Part shown: piece after piece, positions 1-6,567 of the stretch
Layout: each line of letters begins with the position of its first letter
Position numbering within the stretch: position 1 is the first letter of the stretch
Origin: an uncultured Rickettsiales bacterium
GTDB lineage: Bacteria; Myxococcota_A; UBA796; UBA9615; CAYRNR01
Direction of reading: 5' to 3'
Assembly: GCA_964558555.1 (NCBI GenBank)
Contig: CAZLEO010000158.1
Location: 1 to 22,420 of the forward strand
Length of the DNA: 22,420 bases
Notes under the pieces: model-generated
What the model was told of the DNA's origin: nothing
The model's database searches: none
Seen by the model: only the letters and a program-made list of their open reading frames with translations
Translations under genes and position numbers: made by a program

Positions 1-228
1 CATGGCCTGGCTGATGCGGCCGCTTCGCGACTCGAGCATCAGGTGGAAGTGATTCGGCATCAGGGTATACGCGTGAACGACCATCCCGAACCGCTGCGGC
101 AGCTCGCCGAGGAGCTCCAGGAACTGTCCGCAGCACTCGTCGTCGAGAAAAATCGTGGCGCGGCGCGCACCGCGGTTCATTGCGTGATGGCGGGCTCCTG
201 GGTAGTCGATGCGGTGAGGTCTGGCCAC
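1..228 (-). mobile_element. IS200/IS605-family (Y1 HUH) transposase-like gene, N-terminal part only. It starts at GTG 228 and runs off the left edge of the window.
   Basis: Minus-strand translation from GTG(228) is MARPHRIDYPGARHHAMNRGARRATIFLDDECCGQFLELLGELPQRFGMVVHAYTLMPNHFHLMLESRSG... It carries the N-terminal R-x-P-R-I-x-x-P-G-x-x-HH-V/A-x-x-RG motif and the HxYxLMPNHFHLL block typical of IS200-like/RAYT transposases. An in-frame TAG lies at 238-240 just upstream. The frame is open to position 1 and shows high-GC third positions. The six-frame track misses it because it has no in-window stop. Confidence 0.7.
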
Positions 229-332
229 AGAGAGAGCCTACCAGGAAAAGCGAAAAACGAAACGAATGGCACCTTTCTCTTCGCCTACAATGCAAGGAAC
301 GAGGAAGCTTCCGAATCGCGAGAGGGGCGAAC

Positions 333-1493
333 ATGCGATCTCACCTGATGCTCTTGATCCTGGGCCTGGGGCTCGTCGCCGCCGGCTGTGGCAGCGGCTA
401 CGACGACGACGACAGCGGCGGTGACGACGACGACGCGGGCGACGACGACGTGGGCGACGACGACGTGTCGGACGACGACGTGTCGGACGACGACGACGAC
501 TTCACGGGCAACCATCCGCCCACCGAGCCCCTGGTCGCCATCGAGCCCGAGGCGCCCGCCGTCGGCGAGGTGATGACCTGCGTCGTGCTCATCGAGTCCG
601 AGGACGTGGACAACGACCCCATCGCCTACGCGTTCGAGTGGGACCGCGAGGGGATGACCACCGGCATCACCGGCGACACGGTGCCGGCCAGCGCCACCAT
701 GGACATGGGCGAGTGGACCTGCCGGGCCAAGGCGTTCGACGGGACCGACTTCAGCCAGGAGGTCACCGCCTCGGCCTTTGTCGGGCCCGGCGGGCTGTAC
801 TTCGACGTCGAGATGACGGCCATGGGGGGGCTCGGACCCGGCACCGCCTCGACCACCATCGAGTGGATCATGGTCGACGACATCTACGCCGATCCGTGGG
901 TCGAGCTGTGCTCGTACACCTACGAGCTCACCGGCACCTACGAGGAGATCGCGCCCGTCCAGGGTGACGACTTCTACGAGTTCATCGACGAGGTGGTCTG
1001 GTGGGACACCGTCCACGCGGTGTACAGCACCTGCCCGGAGAGCCTCCACGACGTGTTCGCCCCGTACACGGATCCCCTCGACGATCCCAACATCAGCCTG
1101 GCGTGGTGGCTCAACCCGTTCGCCATCATCTCGTGCGACCAGATCGCCGCGAACCCGGCTCTGGCCGCGACCTCGTTCCTGGACGACGCGTGGTCCCTGG
1201 GCCTCAGCGACGACACCATGGGCACCTGGTGCAGCGAGTACGGCTCCCTCGCCGCGGCCACCTCCGGCCAGCTGGAGGGCCTGTGGGTCCGTCCCAGCGA
1301 CTCCTCCACCGGCGCCCAGGGCCTCGGCGTCGAGCACCTTCCCGCGCCCAACGGCGATGTCGGCGGCCTGGGGCTGTACGACTCGTGGTCGGTCATGGGG
1401 TTCTTCCACGCCGACACCACCAATCCCAACGAGCCGGGCGAGGGGCTGGAGGGGCTGTACTCGCCGTTCCCGCTGTGGATCTGGAGTTACTGA
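333..1493 (+). CDS. Lipoprotein of unknown function with a poly-Asp tether and a C-terminal globular domain
   Basis: ATG 333 sits 6 nt after GAGAGGGG (RBS). The N-terminus MRSHLMLLILGLGLVAAGC carries a lipobox. It is followed by GSGYDDDDSGGDDDDAGDDDVGDDDVSDDDVSDDDDD, then a Cys-containing folded domain. GC3 codon bias is high. The ORF-track entry at 180 is an upstream extension through low-GC non-coding DNA. Confidence 0.8.
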   Translation: MRSHLMLLILGLGLVAAGCGSGYDDDDSGGDDDDAGDDDVGDDDVSDDDVSDDDDDFTGNHPPTEPLVAIEPEAPAVGEVMTCVVLIESEDVDNDPIAYAFEWDREGMTTGITGDTVPASATMDMGEWTCRAKAFDGTDFSQEVTASAFVGPGGLYFDVEMTAMGGLGPGTASTTIEWIMVDDIYADPWVELCSYTYELTGTYEEIAPVQGDDFYEFIDEVVWWDTVHAVYSTCPESLHDVFAPYTDPLDDPNISLAWWLNPFAIISCDQIAANPALAATSFLDDAWSLGLSDDTMGTWCSEYGSLAAATSGQLEGLWVRPSDSSTGAQGLGVEHLPAPNGDVGGLGLYDSWSVMGFFHADTTNPNEPGEGLEGLYSPFPLWIWSY

Positions 1494-1506
1494 CCCCCGT
1501 CGAGCT

Positions 1507-2616
1507 TCACCTGGCGTCCCCCGCATAGAACCGATCCAGGAAACCGGGATTGCGCTCGGCGTAGAGCACCGAAGCGCAGCGATCCGCCTCCTCGATCTGT
1601 CGCTGCTCGAACCAGCACCACACGCCGTCCACGTCACCCACGTCGCCGGTCATGAGCCAGTTCACGCAACCGCACCAGTGCACGCAGCGCGCGCGGAGGT
1701 CGCACGCGAGGCAGTCGTCGTTCATCCGGTCCTTGGCCTGGACCAGGGCGTCGCGCCTGGCGGTGTCGATGCCGGACCGGACGTCGCCGATGACGAAGGT
1801 GTCGTCGTCGTCCTCGCGCACGACGCGGTCGCAGGGGTAGAGCCGGCCGCTGGGGGCGACGAAGACCTCCAGGCAGCCGAAGTTGCAGCGGGGGCGGCCG
1901 TGGGGGCGCGAGGTGAGGCCGGTGACGATCTTGCTGTCGAACAGGTTCAGGGCGAGTTGACGGCCGTCCCGATACGCCTGGATGTACCGGTCGCCGGCGG
2001 CGGTGATGGCGTCGTCGAAGCGAGCCCGGTCGCCGGATCGCCAGCGTGGGTGGACGTCGAGGTTGAACGCCTGGTCCCACAGGCCGAGGTCGAGCAGGGC
2101 GTCGATGGAGTCGGCGAGGTGGGACACATTGGCCGGGTGGATCACGGCGAACGCGCGGACCCACAGGTCTGGCGCGCGGTCGAGCAGGAGGCGTACCCCC
2201 CGCTCCACGGCGGCGTAGCTCGGCCGTCCGTTGGGAAAGCGCCGGTTGGCGTCGTGGGCGGCGGGCCCGCCGTCCACGCTCACCGCGACCTGGAAGCCGT
2301 GCCCGGCCAGGAAGTCCGTGACCGAGGCGTCGATCCGCGTGGCGTTGGTCACCAGCATCAACCGAAGGCGGACACCGGCGCGGTCCGCCCGCTGCTGCGC
2401 CCGCAGCGTCAGCTGACGGATGCGGTCGAAGTGGAGCAGGGGTTCTCCCCCGAAGAAGGTCAGCACCCGCTCGTCTCCCGCGCTCGCGTCGGCGAAGAGC
2501 AGGTCGAGGGCGGAGTCCGACACGTCGGCGGGCATGGGTCGGGAGAACTTGCGGCCGCCGAAGCAGTAGCCACACCGCAGGTTGCAGGCGTGGTCCAGGA
2601 TCAGGGCGACGTTCAC
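1507..2616 (-). CDS. Radical SAM/SPASM-domain maturase, anaerobic sulfatase-maturating enzyme (anSME/AslB)-like
   Basis: GTG start. The N-terminus MNVALILDHACNLRCGYCF is a CxxxCxxC radical-SAM cluster motif at residues 11-18, as in anSME. It has the GGEP motif, VTNATRID, and SVDGGPAAHDANRR (the anSME-type SxDGxxxxHDxxR). The C-terminal SPASM cysteines are CNFGC...YPCDR...CLACDLRARCVHWCGC, a CxxCxxxxxCxxxC auxiliary-cluster pattern. The frame is high-GC3. Confidence 0.9.
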   Translation of the reverse strand: MNVALILDHACNLRCGYCFGGRKFSRPMPADVSDSALDLLFADASAGDERVLTFFGGEPLLHFDRIRQLTLRAQQRADRAGVRLRLMLVTNATRIDASVTDFLAGHGFQVAVSVDGGPAAHDANRRFPNGRPSYAAVERGVRLLLDRAPDLWVRAFAVIHPANVSHLADSIDALLDLGLWDQAFNLDVHPRWRSGDRARFDDAITAAGDRYIQAYRDGRQLALNLFDSKIVTGLTSRPHGRPRCNFGCLEVFVAPSGRLYPCDRVVREDDDDTFVIGDVRSGIDTARRDALVQAKDRMNDDCLACDLRARCVHWCGCVNWLMTGDVGDVDGVWCWFEQRQIEEADRCASVLYAERNPGFLDRFYAGDAR

Positions 2617-2635
2617 GGTGTGTCCCGGCGAGGAC

Positions 2636-3232
2636 TCAGCGGCGGGCCCTGCGGCGCCCTCGCCAGCGGACGGACGAGCAGGAGCAGCCCCCGGAGGTCG
2701 CCCAGTCGTCGCCGTAGAGCACGGTCGAGACCTCCAGGTCCAGGCGGACGAAGTCCGACTCGGTGAACTCCCCGGACGATCCCGCCGGAGTCCAGCTGCC
2801 CGACCCGGCCAGGCCGTCGACGAGCTGCACCAGCAACCCGTCCTCGATGTCCTCTCGGAGCGTCTCCTCGAGCAGGTCCTCGCGAGGGTAGCCTTCGAGC
2901 GCTGCGTCGAACCCGGTCAACACCGCGTCCTCTTCCCCCCCGAGGCGCCCCTCGACGTCGCTGCTCACGACCTCGATGAAGACCTCGTAGTACAGGGGAT
3001 CGTCTGCACCGCCTGGGTAGAACTCGCGCCACTCGTCGGTCGAGGGCATGCGCACCCAGTACCCCTCGTTCTGGCCCGTGGCGGCGTAGAGCGCGCTCGC
3101 CCGGCCGATCCCTGCGAGCAGCACCAGCCCCGACGCCGCCCCCATCCGCGCGAGGAAGCGGCGACGGCCCAGCCCCTCCGCTGCGGGCGGGTACTGGCGG
3201 CGCGAATAATCCGTGCGTCGTCGTCGTTTCAC
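2636..3232 (-). CDS. Tat-signal acidic exported protein of 198 aa with a C-terminal GGCSCSS...Arg-rich tail. Candidate substrate or partner of the downstream rSAM/SPASM enzyme.
   Basis: GTG 3232 is preceded by AAGAGAGG (RBS). It has a twin-arginine motif, GRRRFLARMGAASGLVLLAGIGRASALYAA, then a very acidic body. The C-terminus is ...WATSGGCSCSSVRWRGRRRARR*. The stop TGA lies 17 nt before the rSAM GTG, so the two are co-oriented and tightly linked. Codon bias is strong in this frame. The alternative frame (2613-3263) is Arg-rich junk. Confidence 0.7.
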   Translation of the reverse strand: MKRRRRTDYSRRQYPPAAEGLGRRRFLARMGAASGLVLLAGIGRASALYAATGQNEGYWVRMPSTDEWREFYPGGADDPLYYEVFIEVVSSDVEGRLGGEEDAVLTGFDAALEGYPREDLLEETLREDIEDGLLVQLVDGLAGSGSWTPAGSSGEFTESDFVRLDLEVSTVLYGDDWATSGGCSCSSVRWRGRRRARR

Positions 3233-3296
3233 GCGGGGCCTCTCTTCGCGGAGATCTTACCAACTGTTATCTTCGTGGCGACCTGGAGATGACGCG

Positions 3297-4481
3297 ATGA
3301 GTGGATTGGCATTGTGGCAGAGGCCCGTGCTGCGGCGGGACGACGATGGGGGACGCAAGGCCACCTGGCTGGAGCTGTTCTACGACCTGGTGTTCGTGGT
3401 GATCATCGCGCAGCTCTCCCACGGCCTGGCCGCGGACGTGAGCTGGCGTGGGGTGGCCGCCTTTGCCCTGCCGTTCGTGCCGGCGTGGTGGCTGTGGATC
3501 GGGGGCACGATCTACGGCGATCGGTTCGAGACCGAGGACGTCGGCCACCGGGTGCTGACCTTCCTGCAGATGATCCCGGTGGCGGCCATGGCCGTGTTCC
3601 TGCACCACGGCCTGGAGCACGACTCGGCCGGGTTCGCGCTCGCGTATGCGGCCGGCCGCGTGCTGATCATCGTCATGTGGGTTCGTGGCGGGTGGCACAA
3701 CCCCGAAGCCCGGCCGATGACGAACATGTTCGCCGTGGGCTTCTCGATCTCGGTGGTGCTCTTCCTGGGATCGCTGCTGTTGCCCGTGCCCCAGCGCTAC
3801 CAGCTGTGGACCGTGGCGCTGGTGATCGACCTGCTGATCCCGTTGACCACGATCCCGCACCAGCAAGCCCTGCCGAGGTTCAGCACCTCGCGCCTGCCCG
3901 AGCGGTTCGGCCTGTTCACCATCATCGTGCTGGGCGAGACGATCGTGGGCGTGGTGTCGGGCCTGACCGAGGTGCATCACCTGACCTGGCAGACCGGCCT
4001 GGTCGGGTTGCTCGGCATGGCCCTGGCGTTCGGCCTGTGGTGGCTGTACTTCGACGGCATCTCCCACCAGCCGCCGCGGGGCGGGCTGCGTTCGAGCCTG
4101 GCGCGCAACTACCTGCACCTGCCGCTGGTGCTGGGCATCACCGCGCTGGGCGCGGCCGTCCTCGGGGTGGTGGAGCACGCAGACCACGGCGTGGAGGCGC
4201 CGGTGCGCTGGCTGCTGTGCGGTTCGGCGGCCCTGGTGTTCGTCTGTCTGGCCCTGCTGACGCTGGTGGTGAAGCGGTCGTCTCCGCGGTACGGCCGGAC
4301 GATCCCCGTGACCGGGCTGCTGGTGGCGGCCGTGCTGACGCTGGCGCTGGCATCGGTGGACGTGATCCACGGCGCCATCGCCCTGGTCGCAGCGTTGCTG
4401 GTGGTGGTGCTCGCGCTGGTGGTCGTGGACGTGTGGATGCGGCGTGTGCGTGCCGCTAGTACAGCGACTCCAGCGGCGTGA
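3297..4481 (+). CDS. LtrA-like (low temperature requirement A family) polytopic membrane protein
   Basis: ATG 3297 gives MSGLALWQRP...KATWLELFYDLVFVVIIAQLS. The ELFYDLVFV block is the hallmark N-terminal motif of the LtrA family. About 10 predicted TM helices follow. The upstream ORF-track extension (3213) would overlap the divergent gene's start region. Confidence 0.75.
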   Translation: MSGLALWQRPVLRRDDDGGRKATWLELFYDLVFVVIIAQLSHGLAADVSWRGVAAFALPFVPAWWLWIGGTIYGDRFETEDVGHRVLTFLQMIPVAAMAVFLHHGLEHDSAGFALAYAAGRVLIIVMWVRGGWHNPEARPMTNMFAVGFSISVVLFLGSLLLPVPQRYQLWTVALVIDLLIPLTTIPHQQALPRFSTSRLPERFGLFTIIVLGETIVGVVSGLTEVHHLTWQTGLVGLLGMALAFGLWWLYFDGISHQPPRGGLRSSLARNYLHLPLVLGITALGAAVLGVVEHADHGVEAPVRWLLCGSAALVFVCLALLTLVVKRSSPRYGRTIPVTGLLVAAVLTLALASVDVIHGAIALVAALLVVVLALVVVDVWMRRVRAASTATPAA

Positions 4482-5868
4482 GGTAGCCGAAGCCGCCGCC
4501 GATCTCCGCGTTGAGCTCCCACAGCACCTCGCCCTCGGGCGAGACCTCCTCGAGCACACCGTTGGAGCTCCAGGTGACGATGGTGTTGCCGTCTCGCAGC
4601 CGGGACACGTCGCCCAGGCCCACGCAGTACAGGATCGGATCGGCGCGGTACTCCCAGATCTGCTCGATCTCCCAGGCTTCGCCGTCGAGGGAGTACTCCA
4701 CCGCGCGGGAGCCCGCGGGGATGTCGTTGCCGTTGTCGAACACCACCAGACCGCCGGGCAGCAGCTGGAACTGGTGCTGGCCGGCGAACAGCTCGTCCTC
4801 GCCGCCCACCGCGTCGAAGTCGCTGCCCGACCGCCCGAGCTTCCACAGCTGGGTGCCGGTCTCACGCTCGATCTTGTAGATGGCGCTGAGGTGGCGCGCG
4901 CCGAGGTAGTACATGTCCTCCTCGACGCTGTAGTCCAGGGCGTTGGCGTGGGACCAGCGCCCGTCCTGCACGATCTCGGGGTTGAAGGGTTCGTGGTCCC
5001 ACACCGACCAGACCACGCGGGAGGTGCCGTCGGCCGCGAACTCCACCAGCTGGTCGCCCCAGATGGGCTCGTCGTCGACGATCTGGCGATCCTCCATGAG
5101 CACGGCGTAGCTGTCGTCGGGGAGGATCACGAAGTCGTTGTGCACCAGGTCGATGGGGAACGGCTCGGACGCGACGCCGTCGAGGGTGACGCGGGAGAGG
5201 TGTTGCCCCTCGGGCTCCTCGTCGCCCCCCGGGATGCGGTTGGGCAGCATCACGACGCTGCGCTTGTCCGGCGTCAGGTGAGCCCGCGTGATCGGCCACG
5301 CTTCGAACTCGGGGTCCGGGTCGGTGTACCACCACACGTAGTTGCCGTCGCGGTCCAGGATCACGGCGTAGGAGGGGATGGAGAGCACCGTGGTGAGCAG
5401 GAAGCGCGCGTCGTCGCCCACCTCGCCCGCCACGCCGAGATCCACGTCCAGTAGGACGGAGGGGGCCGACCCGGTAGTGACCGTCTGGTCGGGCAGGGCC
5501 GCGCTGCCGTCCTCGTCCTCGACCACCGGCCGGAGCCAGGCCTCGGTGTCCGCCGGGATCCCCAGCAGCAGGGCCTCGAATCCGTCGTCCGTGGCCGTGG
5601 CCGGCGCCCGATCCACGGGGCCGTCACCCACGCCGAACTCCACGTAGGCGTCGGTCACGTCCGTCCGATCGCTGGCCCAGCGCACCGTGACCACCGTGGG
5701 CACGACCTCGCTCAGCTCGATGTCGATCTCGGCGGACGTGTCGTCGTCCCCGACGCCGTCGGGCGGCAGATCCTCCTCCTGGCAGGCGGAGCACAGCACG
5801 CAGCAGGCCAGGGAGAGCAGGATCATGAGGCTGCCGCCGCGGGTGGACATACGCAGGAGGATACCCAT
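4456..5868 (-). CDS. Secreted or lipoprotein beta-propeller, arylsulfotransferase (ASST/Arylsulfotran_2)-like
   Basis: Start ATG 5868 (MGILLRMSTRGGSLMILLSLACCVLCSAC). ATG 5850 (MSTRGG...) is an alternative. The signal peptide has lipobox-like Cys, followed by the acidic tether QEEDLPPDGVGDDD. The body resembles ASST-family propellers (NYVWWYTDPD, LLPGGLVVFDNGND, NTIVTWSSNGVLEEVSPEGEVLWEL). The long ORF-track entry (to 8409) upstream of 5868 is antisense artefact. Confidence 0.65.
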   Translation of the reverse strand: MGILLRMSTRGGSLMILLSLACCVLCSACQEEDLPPDGVGDDDTSAEIDIELSEVVPTVVTVRWASDRTDVTDAYVEFGVGDGPVDRAPATATDDGFEALLLGIPADTEAWLRPVVEDEDGSAALPDQTVTTGSAPSVLLDVDLGVAGEVGDDARFLLTTVLSIPSYAVILDRDGNYVWWYTDPDPEFEAWPITRAHLTPDKRSVVMLPNRIPGGDEEPEGQHLSRVTLDGVASEPFPIDLVHNDFVILPDDSYAVLMEDRQIVDDEPIWGDQLVEFAADGTSRVVWSVWDHEPFNPEIVQDGRWSHANALDYSVEEDMYYLGARHLSAIYKIERETGTQLWKLGRSGSDFDAVGGEDELFAGQHQFQLLPGGLVVFDNGNDIPAGSRAVEYSLDGEAWEIEQIWEYRADPILYCVGLGDVSRLRDGNTIVTWSSNGVLEEVSPEGEVLWELNAEIGGGFGYLTPLESLY

Positions 5869-5946
5869 CCTGCCTGCGCGGACCAAGTGGATTGGGCACT
5901 CCCTCTGGTAGACTGGGCTCGCACTCACACACCGAGGGAGGAACGC

Positions 5947-6516
5947 ATGCGAGGAAGCTGGACGCTGGGTATCGTCTTGGTCGTCGGGATGCTGGGCTGG
6001 GCGACGACCGCACGCGCCGACGTCGTCTTCCCCGCCCCCACCGACTGCCCGCCCGGATCGGTGGGCGACACCCACCACGGGGGACCGCACTGCGCGGCCG
6101 ACCTGTGCGCGGAGGAGCCGGGACGCTGCGCGGCGACCGGAGCGACGTGCCAGGAGCACGGGCTGTGCACACAGCAGCAGCAGGGCGCGTCCCGCGGCGG
6201 CCCGTTCACCTTCAAGGTGGTGCTGGGTGTGTGTGACCCCGAGGGCAACTGCGCGCAGGGCGCGTGCGAGAAGCTGAAGGTGTGCGTGCCCGCGGCGGGT
6301 GGCCCCGGCGCCGGGGAAGCGGCCGAGGAGGTCGAGGAGGTCGAGGCCCCGACCCAGGAGGCCGTGGAGGCGCCGACGGCCGCCCCCGAGGTCACCGAGG
6401 CCGTGGACGAGGTCGAGCGCAAGGGATGCCAGCTGGACGCGGCCGGCTCCGTGGGAGTGGGCTCCTCGATGCTGATCGCGCTGGCGCTGGTCGGAATCAT
6501 CCGACGCCGGCGCTAG
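5947..6516 (+). CDS. Cys-rich secreted protein with a MYXO-CTERM-like C-terminal sorting signal
   Basis: GAGGGAGG RBS, then ATG 5947. The signal peptide is MRGSWTLGIVLVVGMLGWATTARA|DV. A Cys-rich region follows (CPPGS..HCAADLCAEEPGRCAATGATCQEHGLC...CDPEGNCAQGACEKLKVC), then an E-rich spacer. The tail is GCQLDAAGSVGVGSSMLIALALVGIIRRRR*: a Cys motif, a hydrophobic helix and an Arg cluster. Confidence 0.75.
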   Translation: MRGSWTLGIVLVVGMLGWATTARADVVFPAPTDCPPGSVGDTHHGGPHCAADLCAEEPGRCAATGATCQEHGLCTQQQQGASRGGPFTFKVVLGVCDPEGNCAQGACEKLKVCVPAAGGPGAGEAAEEVEEVEAPTQEAVEAPTAAPEVTEAVDEVERKGCQLDAAGSVGVGSSMLIALALVGIIRRRR

Positions 6517-6567
6517 GCTCCGTCCGGGGCTCCCGTCCGGACCCGGGGACGTTGTACCCTGAAGAAC

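Noticed and set aside
43-348. 101-aa plus-strand ORF at the left edge
   Set aside because: Its first half is the antisense of the IS200-like transposase N-terminus. Its second half runs through the low-GC intergenic region. The tail is composed of rare, low-GC codons.
285-1637. 450-aa minus-strand ORF
   Set aside because: It is antisense to the lipoprotein gene at 333-1493. The translation is Arg/Gly/Val-rich low-complexity, typical of the reverse frame of high-GC coding DNA. It has no RBS or signal.
2636-3232. Calling the 198-aa Tat protein a sulfatase
   Set aside because: It is far too short. It lacks the canonical C/S-x-P-x-R-x-x-x-L/M-T-G-R/K motif and any sulfatase core blocks.
2613-3263. 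Alternative minus-strand frame (216 aa) and plus-strand ORF 2582-3292 overlapping the Tat-protein gene
   Set aside because: Both are Arg/Pro/Gly-rich junk frames. The 2636-3232 frame has the Tat signal, balanced composition and strong GC3 bias.
3267-4865. 532-aa minus-strand ORF
   Set aside because: It is antisense to the LtrA-like membrane protein gene. The translation is His/Arg/Gln-rich with no domain signature.
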